Shown here in pieces: positions 21,623-33,994 of a DNA stretch of 64,000 bases. Position 1 is the stretch's first letter. The number at the start of each line of letters is the position of its first letter. The notes under the pieces are model-generated. The model had not been told where the DNA came from and did no database searches. It saw only the letters and a program-made list of their open reading frames with translations. Made by a program: the position numbers and the translations under genes. Source of the DNA: Blepharisma stoltei ATCC 30299 (taxonomy: Eukaryota; Protista; Ciliophora); contig CBFDEM010000011.1 of assembly GCA_965603825.1 (NCBI GenBank), forward strand, positions 682,001 to 746,000, in the 5' to 3' direction.

Positions 21623-23875
21623 TTATTTCCACAAAATCCCCTTCACATCATCCAAAGTGTACTTTCCCAGGCAGGTTGGACATTTTCTCTTCTTATTGGC
21701 GATATTGTCCTCAAGGCACTTCCTGCAAAATGTATGAAAACATTTCGTGATCAGTGCATCTTTGGGTCTCGCGCAACAAATGCTACACCTCACCATATTC
21801 TAAATATTTCTTACTCTATACTTCGTCAGCTCATTATTGATAATGTCATTCGCAGACGTAAATTTCTCATACTCCTTTGCCTTGCACCATTTTTCCTCAT
21901 AGATTTTCATCTGTTTGACAGCTTGCTGATACATAAGCTGAAACTGTATTGCATCAGTCGCACTTTTAATGCTGAGTTTTTCTGTCTTCAATAACTTATC
22001 ATGCCATTCTTTTTTCGCTATCATTAGCTCTTCATTTTTCCTCAAAACTTCTTCATTCTGGTTGTAATAGTGCCTCAGTCGGTCTTCAAAAGTTTTAAGC
22101 TTGCTTTCCAAAGATGAGGTAAAATCGCTTTGGAATTTAAGCTTGTTTTCTGCTTCTTTGACTACGTCTTTAAGCTTGGCAATAGTTTCGTCTTTGTTTG
22201 TGATTATTGCTTCGTAGGCTAGTTTTTCTTTTTCGCGCAAGGTTTTCCAGTTGCTTTCTTTGACTCTTTCGTTCATGAGCTGGATGTGATTTTTTTCTTT
22301 TTCATCAAGAAGGTTTACAAGAACTTTATTTTTCTTCATGGTTTCTTCGTAGGCATTGCCTGTCACTTCGATTTCGTTTATGAGATTTTCGTTGTTTTTT
22401 CTTTCATTTTTGACCTCTTGCTTTAAGTGCTTTACCTGTCCTTCAAGTTTTGCGATTATGTGGTCTTTGGCTTTTGCGTGCTGCTTTAGCTCCAAAATTT
22501 GGTTTCTTTGTTCTTTAAGCCTGACATCAAGCTCAATTTCGTTTTCCCCTGCGACGTTTTCATCTGGAACTGTCTTCATATTGCTGATTTCAATTTCTTT
22601 TAAGTGAAGATTGTCCTTCAGCTCATAAATCACCTTTAAGTCTTCCATACTTTTATTTTCCAGCTCCAGCTTGTCTTTTTTTAAGTCCGCAATCTTCTTT
22701 TTCAAATTCAGCTTCTGCTGTTCTAGCTCTTCAATATGCTTCTGGAAATGCTCTGTGTCCCTCTGTGTGTTTTTATCCCTTTTTAGCGCTTCATACTCAA
22801 ATCTAGCCTCATCTCTTTCTTTTGCGATATTAATGTTTTTGCTTTTTAAGGCTCCTATCTCTTCATAGAGAGCTAGAATTTTTTTTTCCTCTTCAGCGAT
22901 AACTCCTGCGATTTCCCTTTCTTTGGCTTCATTGAACTCGTCATTGATTTTCTGAAGCTCTTCATTTTTCTTCTTAATGGTATCGTGGTTTTTTATCATG
23001 GTCTTCGCCTGGGCTATCAAGCTTCTAAAAGCCTTGGTCCTTACAAACCGCTCCTCAGAGACCTCTAGCTCTATTTGCATTTTCTGGGCTCTTTGTATCT
23101 GCTCTTCAAGATTTGTTTTTAGGTGGTCTCTTTCGTCTTGAAGTTTGCCGAGGGAATTTTTGAGTTCTTTTATATCTTGAGAGTCCTCCTCAGTGGTTGC
23201 TGCCTCTGATTTGCGGGCGCCACATCGGCAGGGGCACTTACATTTTAGCGCAATTTCCACCGCACTTAATTTAGTAGTCAAAGACTGATTGGTAGACTTG
23301 AGATCATCAGCGATAGCTTCAGTGCGGGTCTGTTCTTGGACTGTCCTTGACAATGTGTCTTTTAGACGCTGAATTTCTCGCTGATATTCACTGATGTCGG
23401 AACAAGCCTATATAAAACTCACTTTTACGTACGAATCAGTCAATTCACTGTTTTTCTTGCCAATTTCGTCTTGAGGGATTCCACTTTTCAGCTTGGAAAT
23501 GACGCCTAGGAGCTGCCGAAACCCACCTCTAGTGAGTTCAGACATCTGACTAAGCCCTTCTTCGTCTTGAATTAAGAAGGAAAATGGGCTGCTGCCATCA
23601 ACTAACTCGATATTACACTTTTCATAGGAATAAGCTTGACATAGTGCGTTTATATCTCTAACCAGTTTTTTCCAAGAGCTATTGTGCTTTGAGATATAGT
23701 CATTCAGCTTGTTATTCTCGCTACTCAATCTTGCGTTTTCTTGAGAAAGTCTAGCCAGCTCAGCAGATTCAGCTAATTTAGTATTCTGAGAAAGATTTTT
23801 TAAAGATATATTTGAAGACTCGATTGGATCTTTACTTTCTATCTTTTGCCTCTTTGTAGGCTCTCCAGTAGACAT
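21623..23875 (-). CDS. BRE1: BRE1-like E3 ubiquitin ligase (coiled coil plus C-terminal RING-HC)
   Basis: LINEIEVTGNAYEE..N..L..KE..LMNERVK segment typical of Bre1/RNF20. After intron 21800-21814 the RING reads CSIC..CFHTFCRKC..RKCPTC. Second intron at 23408-23422. Confidence 0.85.
21800..21814 (-). other. 15-nt spliceosomal intron
   Basis: GTAAGAAATATTTAG. Removal links the coiled coil to the RING. Confidence 0.9.
23408..23422 (-). other. 15-nt spliceosomal intron
   Basis: GTGAGTTTTATATAG, joins two in-frame ORFs. Confidence 0.85.
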
Positions 23876-23902
23876 ATTTAATTTTATTTAATTTCGAAGG
23901 GC

Positions 23903-26722
23903 TTATTTAATATGTTGGGTAATTCCACCAACTCGTTCTCCTAAGCACTTTGCCATGCCATCAGTCTTAGCTCTTATCCTAATATTTCCTGCAATTCCAT
24001 TTTCTTTTCTTTCTATTGACACATTCATAAGAGCGTCCTCAGCAAATCTAGACTGTCCATACAAGTTGCAGACCAAGAAGTGCTCACTGCAAAGCATCAC
24101 ACTTTCAGGTGTCAAAATGGCCATATTAGACATTTTTGATAGTTTTTGAACATACTCAAGAAGGTTAGTTTTAGGGCTATTTACGGACACAGGACTTTCC
24201 CATTTAAAATCTTGCCATAGCTGTCTGAAATGAGACTCACTGCAGATGGCTGGGTGTATATACTCGATTGCATCAATTGTGATTTCATTTAAGGTGATTA
24301 AGTTTAGGTTTCCTCCTTTCGGAGAGTCATAAGTTAAGTTCCCAAAAATGACTCCAGCCTCAGAGCTGCTAACTTTTACGCTTGCTTTAATCTGTGCTGA
24401 TTTTCCAGGGGCTAAATTGATAGGTAAAGGCTTTTCTACCATTTTTAAGTCCCCTTGAGAAGCAAGCTCTAATGTCAAATTTTGAAGAGTTTCACTGGAT
24501 TTGTTAAAAACTGAGAACTCTAGTACAATGTCATATAAATGCATCCTCATCATACATTCCACGTAGACTGGATCACCAAGGCCAGTCAGTTGTCGGACCC
24601 TGCTGACTCTTTTGCCATAGTCTTCATCAGTGTCTTGGAATATGGCTTTAAAGGCGTCTTCTTCAATGAAGTCCATATCACTAATCCCATCTCTTCCTCT
24701 AAGCTGCTTAATGGTAAGCAAATCGTCAGGCTGGGTAATAAACTTTTCGTCTTCTAGCTGCTCTTCTATTTGTTTAGCAATTGTTTGGCAATGGCTGTAA
24801 AGCTCTTTTCCTCCTTGAAGCCAGCCAGGGTATATTAGGCCTGTGAGTGTTTGGAAGCATTGTAAAATTCTTTCAAAGTTGTCAGGGTCAATGGAAAATG
24901 GGACTTCACTGTATTCTTTTTCAGCTTTGTTTTTCAATGGGTAAGTTCGGAGCTGTACCAGCCCACAAAGGATTAATAGGATGTCTTGCTTGTAGTTTTC
25001 TCGGTTTTTCTCTTCAACTTTATATAATAATTTTGTAAGAGCAATAGCTATTGCGGTAACTAAATAAAAATCGACTTCTTCTACCTCAGTCAACAGTTTC
25101 CTAAGCCCACTTACACTTTTTGGCCTTGAGAAGTCAAAAGTTGATATAATCTGTGTGCCATAAGTCCCATCTGGCAAAATCACTGTACGATGAATTTGTT
25201 CTTGCTCATCTTTTACAGCTTCTGTATGGGCAATTCTTTCTCTTTTATTGATAAATGGACCTTCACCAATTGTGTTGAGAATCAAAACTATTGTTTTAGC
25301 TGGGTCTTTTGTGTACTCTGATAGCATCCACAATGCACTTCTATACACCTGCGCAGAAGAAATTTCAGCAAAAATATGATGGAGCTTATCAATAATATTG
25401 CTTTGTAAAGACTGATAGCTAGACATCAGCTGCTGGACAAAGCTCGCCACTTCTGCAGAGGTTGAAGCTTGAAGCAAACAACAGTCCATTAAAACTTCAA
25501 CAAGTCCTAATTGCCCAGTGATATCAGGGAAACTGACTGCGCACTTGTGAAGGGCTATAATTAAAAGCTCTTGGTATGGGAATTCTTCTTTTTGCCCTTG
25601 CACATTTAGAAGCTCTTTTTTGAGAATCCTTACAATTTCTTCCACATTTCGCGAAGATAAAAGTTCCAGCACAAGATCTAAGCACTTTTTCCTGATATCG
25701 TTAGAAGGGCTTGACAAGGATCTTAACAAATCTACAGCTTGCTCTTGCAAAAGTTTTGGAAACTGTGGTCTTATATCGGCTAGTTTTTCTAGAACTAACA
25801 ATTTTACATTATTATCTGCACTAGGGTCATTAAGAAGCTTGATAAACGTAGAAATTGCTGTTTTGACTGCATTAGGGGATTTTGTCAATTGAATAATGGT
25901 AGACGCACACTCAAAAAGCACGCTTTGAGACTTGCTGGTATTTGCTAGTTGGAATATTGATTTCATATGTCTTCCTTTTTCCTGTGGATTTGCCTTGCAG
26001 ACTCTTTTAAGTTCATCAAGCACCACAAGCTGCAAAATATCAGCGCTTGGCCCAAATGATGAGCTATTATCTTCTTCATCAGCCAACACTGAGCTTAAGT
26101 ATTTCATAGCTACTTCTGGCTGAGCTTCGAACAAAAAGAGCAATGCATTCCTACGTGTACTTAAATCGGTCTCGCTCTTCAAAAGTTCATCTACTTTTTC
26201 AACAGCGTCTGGTAGCAAGCTGTCGCCAAATGACATATAAATACTGTAAACACACATAACGGCGTTTCTCCTCACATATGGGTGGCGATGATTCAGATTG
26301 TCGACCACAGGCTGAAGCAAGCTGTCCATCATTTCTCTATACTTCATCTTAGCAACTAAACGAAGAGTTTTGGCCCTCACAAATTCATTAGGACTAAGTA
26401 GGTCGTTCCTTAAAGCATTGCAGAGCATGACCATTTCATCTTTGATGGTCCCGTCTGGATTGGTTTTTTCGATGGCTTCCCAGTAAAGTAGAAGTAATTT
26501 TTTCATTTCTTTGGACTCCACCCTCATTGCGTGCTGGACTATTGTCATTATCATTCTGGGGTAGTGATCATCTTGAAGTATCATTAATATCAAGGTTTTC
26601 ATCGCGTCAATTTTTTCTTCTTCTGTGCCTTTTTCTAAAATCTTGGCAATTTCTTGGTTGGATGGAGGGGATAGCACTTCGTAATCAATTATTAGATAGC
26701 AAGGCTTGGTCTGCTCTGGCAT
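23903..26722 (-). CDS. COPB1: coatomer subunit beta
   Basis: KKLLLLYWE, LCNALRNDL.SPNEFVR, HPYVRRNA, VILPDGTYGTQ, QLTGLGDPVYVE, FAEDALMNVSIE. Confidence 0.97.
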   Translation of the reverse strand: MPEQTKPCYLIIDYEVLSPPSNQEIAKILEKGTEEEKIDAMKTLILMILQDDHYPRMIMTIVQHAMRVESKEMKKLLLLYWEAIEKTNPDGTIKDEMVMLCNALRNDLLSPNEFVRAKTLRLVAKMKYREMMDSLLQPVVDNLNHRHPYVRRNAVMCVYSIYMSFGDSLLPDAVEKVDELLKSETDLSTRRNALLFLFEAQPEVAMKYLSSVLADEEDNSSSFGPSADILQLVVLDELKRVCKANPQEKGRHMKSIFQLANTSKSQSVLFECASTIIQLTKSPNAVKTAISTFIKLLNDPSADNNVKLLVLEKLADIRPQFPKLLQEQAVDLLRSLSSPSNDIRKKCLDLVLELLSSRNVEEIVRILKKELLNVQGQKEEFPYQELLIIALHKCAVSFPDITGQLGLVEVLMDCCLLQASTSAEVASFVQQLMSSYQSLQSNIIDKLHHIFAEISSAQVYRSALWMLSEYTKDPAKTIVLILNTIGEGPFINKRERIAHTEAVKDEQEQIHRTVILPDGTYGTQIISTFDFSRPKSVSGLRKLLTEVEEVDFYLVTAIAIALTKLLYKVEEKNRENYKQDILLILCGLVQLRTYPLKNKAEKEYSEVPFSIDPDNFERILQCFQTLTGLIYPGWLQGGKELYSHCQTIAKQIEEQLEDEKFITQPDDLLTIKQLRGRDGISDMDFIEEDAFKAIFQDTDEDYGKRVSRVRQLTGLGDPVYVECMMRMHLYDIVLEFSVFNKSSETLQNLTLELASQGDLKMVEKPLPINLAPGKSAQIKASVKVSSSEAGVIFGNLTYDSPKGGNLNLITLNEITIDAIEYIHPAICSESHFRQLWQDFKWESPVSVNSPKTNLLEYVQKLSKMSNMAILTPESVMLCSEHFLVCNLYGQSRFAEDALMNVSIERKENGIAGNIRIRAKTDGMAKCLGERVGGITQHIK

Positions 26723-26816
26723 CTAATATTATTATTAGGAAATGGTGCTATCTTAGGCTTATTCCATGTTATCCTATTTATTTACACGTTTCTTAAACCT
26801 CTATTTATTTCATCAG

Positions 26817-27578
26817 TTAATTGATCCCATAGCCATCATCCACGCTGAGCTCATCCCTCGTACTTGTGTCATCATTTTCAAGTAATTCCATAGAAATAGC
26901 TGATGATTTTTTAACTTCAGCTATTTGGTTCTTGGTGTTCTTCAAAAAGCTATCTGTAATTCAAAACATTAAAGAGTTCAATATAAAAGGAATCACAATC
27001 ATTACCATCATTAGCTCTAAGTTTGGATAATCCGATATAGGGCTTAATAGCAAATCTCCAATAAATTCCAAGGCTTCATGGAATAGAAGCACAGTTCCGA
27101 TTAAAACGCCTTTAGTTATAATAGTAATCCCCAGTCAGAGCCAAACCTGGTAAGCCCATAGTCCCCATCTAGGAGGAGTTCCATAGAATCCAGAGGTAAA
27201 AGAAAATGTTTCGGATTTAGAAAATAACCCCTCAATTAAGTTTAGGAGAAGATAACATATTGCCATCCCCAATAATGTGTCAATCGCGAAATTCAGAAAA
27301 TACCACGTGCATTGGTTGGATTCAGGGTTATTGTGTTCGATCATATATGCCACTGCTAAATTCAGCATGTGAAGTAGCCCTGCGCTGAGGCCTTGCTTTG
27401 AAGTGTCCATGAACCAAATTTTTCAGCTTCGGCAGGGCTTTTCGGTGTACTTTTTTACTGTGTAAAAATTACTTATCAGGGAGGAAAAAGATAGAAATCC
27501 TAGGATTCCTTGAATAAACCATCCGAAATCTCCAAAAAGCTTGCATTCCCCAGAACCCCTGCTGAATAAAGATCCCAT
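26817..27578 (-). CDS. STIMATE/TMEM110-family membrane protein
   Basis: CKLFGDFGWFIQGILG, EKPCRSWKIWFMDTSKQ, CTWYFLNFAIDTLLG, GFYGTPP..W, LELMMVMIVIPF..WITDSFLK. Three TGA=Trp and a probable intron at 27458-27472. Confidence 0.85.
27458..27472 (-). other. probable 15-nt spliceosomal intron (no in-frame stop)
   Basis: GTAATTTTTACACAG matches the intron consensus. Phase 1 and stop-free, so inferred from consensus and homology only. Confidence 0.65.
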
Positions 27579-28133
27579 TTCTATCTAATAAGTTAAACTT
27601 CAAATAAATTGTTTTAAATTCAGGACAATTATTTTAATTTATTGGATAAAAATTATATAAAGATTGCTTTATTTCTACAACTATATTTGGATTTAGATGA
27701 TATATGAAAAAGAATAGTTTAATAATAAAAATATATTAAAACTGCTCTTAATGCCATAAAAGTCATTTTATAGTGAAATAGAAACATTTTATCTTAGATA
27801 TACGAATCGTATTGAGTGCTGAGTTTTAGAAATCATACATTTGAGATTTTTAAACCAATTCTAATTTTCATTTGTAAAATTTATTATATAATCTACTTAA
27901 TAGGTATATATTGATAGTTTTGTCATCTATAAATGAAGCTCTTGTTTAAAATATAAAATTATTTTATTTTTCTTCTTTTGTAGTCTTATAATATTTTTGC
28001 TATAATTAAAAACATTACAATTGCTTATGATTAGGTTTGAATTGCCTTAATTTGGCATTAAATTTTATATATTTATTGAAAATTCGCCATATTATAGGCG
28101 ATGAGGAGATAAAATCTTAAATTTATATAAAAA

Positions 28134-29021
28134 ACGAAATATTTTTCTTTTTTTACACTTTCTGTTTTAGCCTAATCAGGCCCTGCTGTTCAGCCTAAAG
28201 ATTCTGATTTTGTTGCCCCACAAGCAATGACTGACGAAATCAACAGTACCTAAGACTCATGGATTGCTTCTGCTGAGTGCGTTGACCAAATGACAATAGC
28301 TGAAGCCAGACGTAAATTTTCCTTACAACCCAAATCTAGAGAATTTCCAGAATATGATTGGGGTGCGTTCTTAAACTATCTCTTAGTTTCAGCATCGTTT
28401 GATTCAAGAATCCAATGGCCTGAATGTATTCATCCTATTCAAAATGATGATGGATGCTATGGTGGCTGGGCATATGCAGCTATCGAGATCTTTTAGACAG
28501 ACTTTGTATCGCTTCAAATAAAAACATTAATGTTGTGCTGTCTCCTAGGGTATCTAATAGCTTGTGATATCCAATACGATAACGGATGTAGCGGAGGATA
28601 TGACTTAAGCAATATTGAAGTCCTTTAGCATCTTGCATTCCTTTCCATGGATAGTATAGATAGTCCATGCCTTACTAAATGCAACTCAAGAGCATCACTT
28701 CAATTTTATAAAGCTGCGTCTGTTAACACCTATAGCGGTGTATCGTCTATCTAAGCTGCAACCTTGGTAAATGGCCCAGTTGAGACTACTATTTACGAAG
28801 ATTTCTTGACATATAGCGGAGGTATTTACAAGCACACTAAAGGAAATCTTGTAGGAACTTTCAATGTAAAGCTTATAGGATGGGGAAATCAAAGCTGAAC
28901 GAACTATTGGATTGCTGCCAACTGCTGGGGAACTCTTTGGGGTATGAAAGGATATTTCTGAATTGTGTTTGGAGAGTGTGGAATTGATACTCAAGCTGTA
29001 ACTGGATCGCCTAATGTTTAA
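28134..29021 (+). pseudogene. cathepsin B-like unit 1, decayed pseudogene of the inactive clade
   Basis: ATG>ACG, in-frame TAA at 28173 and 28251, several indels. Active-site segment NDDGCYGGW. Confidence 0.9.
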
Positions 29022-29782
29022 TGATAATAGTTTTTATTTATTATATTTTTAAAATCAATATCCGCCCCTTGGAATTGCGTGCTTTCCGATTAATTTTTTT
29101 TTTAATATTTCTATTGCATTGAATTAGAACACTCAATTGATTTGTCTTTATTATAAGGATATAAAGTAATATTTTGGTGGGGAGATCTTCTTTGATTTAA
29201 TAGAGAGTTATTTTTGTGCACTATGATACCGCTCCAAAGGATAAATCCTTCAATAACTGGCAACTTATATTCAGCACACTTTATAAATAAGCATCACGAA
29301 AAAACTCATAATTTGCGAATAAAAGATAAGATACTAGATATATAAATAAATATCTAAAATTATGCGGCTCCTTATTGCATAGAGCTTATATAAACTTCAA
29401 TATAATAAATTAAAATATAAAAAAGGTAAAAAAGGTAAAATTGGAGAGGCATTGACAAGCCCGGTTCCTATTTGAAATTGACATGACTGCTATTTTAGGC
29501 TCACTTAATGTTCCCTGTGAAGACAACGAATTATCATCAATTTAATAAGCTCATTAAAACTAATAAGAAATAAGAACTGAAATCCTTTTTATTTCTTTTC
29601 CACTCAGCCTCAATAAATAATTTGCAAGTTGATTATAGTAACTTTAAATTGGTGCTATTTAACTTGAAAATATAATTATTTCTTTAGTCGTCGCCATTTT
29701 GGTGATAATATAAAAACAAATTCTCCACATTATTGTCGATATTAAAATACAATATTCATGGTGAAATAATTAGAAAAAGAAA

Positions 29783-30703
29783 ATGAGATATCTTTTGTTT
29801 CTATCAATCTTTGTCTTAGGACCTGCTGTCAAGCTTACAGATCCAGATCTGATTGCTATGCAAGAAATGGTTGACGAAATTAATAGAGTTCAAGACTCAT
29901 GAACTGCTTCTACTGACTGGCTCAGCCAAGTAACAATTGCTAAAGCTAAAAGTAAGCTGCTGCTCTCAGAGCCAAAGCCAAGAATATTCCCAGAAAAAGA
30001 CTGGGGTACGCTATTAGATTACCTCTCAATCCCAGCATCTTTCGACTCAAGACAAAAATGGCCAAACTGCATTCATACAGTTCAGAACGATGAAGGATGT
30101 GATGGAGGTTGGGCATATTCAGCTACTGGTGTTCTTGCAGATCGATTTTGCATAGCTACTAATGGCACAGTTAATGTTGTGCTATCTCCGGGATTTCTCC
30201 TAGTTTGCATCATAGATCCCATAATAATGAACTGTAATGGAGGAACTGATGATGCAGCTTGGCAATTTTTGTCAAAAAGTGGAACAGTTACAGAAGAATG
30301 CGTTCCTTATCATATATGAAGTGCAGACGATCCATGCCCTAATCATTGCAATGATCACTCAAAATTTGTATATTACAAAGCTAGCAATGTGAAGAAATAC
30401 TCTAATCCAAGCTCTATGCAAGCTGCAATCTTAGCGGGAGGACCTATTGAAACTCATCTGAAACTTTATGAAGATTTACTGACTTATAAAGGAGGCATTT
30501 ATATACATACAACAGGGAAGCATATAGGTCATACCTCTGTTAAAGTGGTTGGATGGGGCAATCAGGGTGGAACGAACTATTGAATTGCACAAAACGTTTG
30601 GGGAACTCTTTGGGGCCTGAAAGGATATTTTTGGATAGCTTTTGGTCAGTGCGAAGTTGATACAAACGCTATAGCTGGAGATCCTAAAATTAAAAATAAC
30701 TAG
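29783..30703 (+). CDS. cathepsin B-like unit 2, intact non-peptidase homolog
   Basis: 306-aa ORF with TGA=Trp. NDEGCDGGW (Q>D, C>G) and GHTSVK (H>T). Signal peptide is 3 residues shorter than in units 3 and 4. Confidence 0.88.
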
Positions 30704-31296
30704 CTTTCTTCATAAATACTTGATCCTTTAAATCTTCAATTTCGGTTATTTTGAGCTAATTTTAAGTATGTGTGGCACACTCTGCTGATTCATTGATTGC
30801 TAGCCATAACGAAAAGAGTTCATGAGTTTGTTGAGCTCTTGATAATTTTTTTAAAAAATAGCTTATTCAAGTTAAGTTTGAAAAATCAGCTTTCCGGAAA
30901 CTTATGCTATTCCTAAAGTTTGTTTTGATTAAATGTAAAACTTTGAGCTATATGATCATTGCTCAAATAAATTCTTTTAGAAAATTAATCTAAATATTCT
31001 TATTTTAGGCTCACTTAATGTTCCCTGTGAAAATAACGAATTATCATCAATTCCATAAGCTCATTAAGACTAATAAGAATTAAGAACTTAATAGATCGTT
31101 TTTATTTCTTTTTCACTCAGCTTTGAAAATAAGCTCTAGAATTATCTCTTTGCTACTATAACTTTAAATAGGCTCTATTTACTTAAAATATAATTATTTC
31201 TTTACTCGTCATTTTGGTAATAATATAAAATAAATTCTCCACATTATTGTTGATATTAAAATACAATATTCGTGGTGAAATAATTAGAGCAATAAA

Positions 31297-32223
31297 ATGA
31301 AATATCTTTTGTTTCTATCAATCTTTGCCTTAGCTCTTTCAGGGCCTGCTGTCAAGCCTACAGATCCAGAACTAATTGCTATGCAAGAAATGGTTGACGA
31401 AATTAATAGAGTTCAAGACTCATGAACTGCTTCTACTGACTGGCTCAGCCAAGTAACAATTGCTAAAGCTAAAAGTAAGCTGCTGACCTCAGAGCCAAAG
31501 CCAAGAATGTTCCCAGAAAAAGACTGGGGTACGCTATTAGATTACCTCTCAATCCCAGCATCTTTCGACTCAAGACAACAGTGGCCAAACTGCATTCATC
31601 CAGTTCAGAACGATGAAGGATGTGATGGTGGTTGGGCATATTCAGCTACTGGTGTTCTTGCAGATCGATTTTGCATCGCTACTAATGGCACAGTTAATGT
31701 TGTGCTGTCTCCGGGATTTCTCCTAGTTTGCATCATAGATCCAGTAGTAATGAACTGTAATGGAGGAACTGCTGATGCAGCATGGCAATTTTTGGTAGAA
31801 AGTGGAACCGTTACAGAAAAATGCGTTCCTTATCATATATGAAGTGCAGAAGATCCATGCCCTAATCATTGCAATAATCTGTCAAAATTTGTATATTACA
31901 AAGCTGCGTATATGCAGACATACGCTGGACCGAGCTCTATGCAAGCTGCAATCTTAGCAGGAGGACCTATTGAAACTACTCTGAAAGTTTATGAAGATTT
32001 ATTGACTTATAAAGGAGGCATTTATAAGCATGTAACGGGGAAGTATATAGGTATGAGCTCTGTTAAAGTGATTGGATGGGGTAATCAGAATGGAACGAAC
32101 TATTGAATTGCACAAAACGTTTTGGGAACTCTTTGGGGCCAGAAAGGATATCTTTGGATAGCTTTTGGTCAGTGTCAAGTTGATACAGAAGCTGTAGCTG
32201 GAGCTCCTTATCCGATTATCTAA
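31297..32223 (+). CDS. cathepsin B-like unit 3, intact non-peptidase homolog
   Basis: 308-aa ORF with TGA=Trp. NDEGCDGGW, GMSSVK, QNVL. Confidence 0.88.
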
Positions 32224-33067
32224 TAACTTTCTTCATAAATACTTACATCCTTTAAATTTCAATTTCAGTTATTTTGAGCTAATTTAAAAAGTATGTGTGG
32301 CAAAGTCTGCTGATTCATTGATTGCTAGCCATAACGAAGAGTCCTAAAGTTTTTAAGTTCTTGATAATTTTTTTAAAAAATAGTTTATTCAGTTTAACTT
32401 TGAAAAAGCAACTTTTGCTAGAACTTATGCTATTCCTAAAGTTTGTTCTGATTATTGCAAAACTTTGAGCTTTATGATCATTGTTCAAATATCTTCTTTT
32501 AAAAAATTAATCTAAATATTCTTATTTATAGCTATTCATTTATGCTTCGTGCTATAGATTTAATTATTAAATAATAAAAAGCTCATTGGTATATATTGCA
32601 ATTATGTCATTACTCTATTTAATATAATTTGTTTTAGTTCGTATTATTTTTCGATGAAGTGTTTGAATTTTTTTTCACCCTAAAAACATTTTTTGCTTCT
32701 TCTTACATTTCTGACTGAAGAAAAATAGGTGGGAAAACTTCATCGAAGTTTTTTCCGCTTTCCCCCTATTTTAGGCTCACTTAATGTTACTTATTATGAT
32801 ATAGAATAATCATCAATTCCATAAGTTTATTAAACTAATCAGGAATAAGAACTTATTAGATCGTTTTTATTTCTTTTCCACTCAGCCTTTAAAAATAACT
32901 CTAGAACTATCTTTTTGCTACTCAATAACTTTAAATAGGCTCTATTTACTTAAAGTATAGTTATTTCTTTACTCGTCATCATTTTGGTGATAATATAAAA
33001 ACAATTTCTCCACATTATTGTTGATATGAAATTACAATATTCATGGTGAAATAATTAGAACAAGAAA

Positions 33068-33994
33068 ATGAGACATCTTTTGTTCTTATCAATCTTTGTC
33101 TTAGCTCTTTCAGGACCTGCTGTCAAGCCTACAGATCCAGATCTGATTGCTATGCAAGAAATGGTTGACGAAATTAATAGAGTTCAAGACTCATGAACTG
33201 CTTCTACTGACTGGCTCAGCCAAGTGACAATTGCTAAAGCTAAAAGTAAGCTGCTGACCTCAGAACCAAAGCCAAGAATGTTCCCAAAAAAAGACTGGGG
33301 TGCGCTATTAGATTACCTCTCAATCCCAGCATCTTTCGACTCAAGACAGCAGTGGCCAAAGTGCATTCATCCAGTTCAGAACGATGAAGGATGTGATGGT
33401 GGTTGGGCATATTCAGCTACTGGTGTTCTTGCAGATCGATTTTGCATTACTACTAATGGCACAATTGATGTTGTGCTGTCTCCGGGATTTCTCCTTGTTT
33501 GCATACTAGATCCCGTAGAAATGAACTGTAATGGAGGAACTGCTGATGCAGCTTGGCAATTTTTGGTAGAAAGTGGAACCGTTACAGAAAAATGCGTTCC
33601 TTATCATATATGAAGTCTAGACGATCCATGCCCTAATTATTGCAATGATCACTCAAGATTTGTATATTACAAAGCTGCGTATATGCAGACATACGCTGGA
33701 CCGAGCTCTATGCAAGCTGCAATCTTAGCAGGAGGACCTATTGAAACTACTCTGAAAGTTTATGAAGATTTACTGACTTATAAAGGAGGCATTTATAAAC
33801 ATACATTGGGGAAGTATATAGGTATGAGCTCTGTTAAAGTGATTGGATGGGGTAATCAGAATGGAACGAACTATTGAATTGCACAAAACGTTTGGGGAAC
33901 TCTTTGGGGGCAGAAAGGATACCTTTGGATAGCTTTCGGTCAAGTCGAAGTTGATAAAGAAGCTGTAGCTGGAGCTGCTAATCCGAAAATCTAA
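33068..33994 (+). CDS. cathepsin B-like unit 4, intact non-peptidase homolog
   Basis: 308-aa ORF with TGA=Trp. NDEGCDGGW, GMSSVK. Confidence 0.88.
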
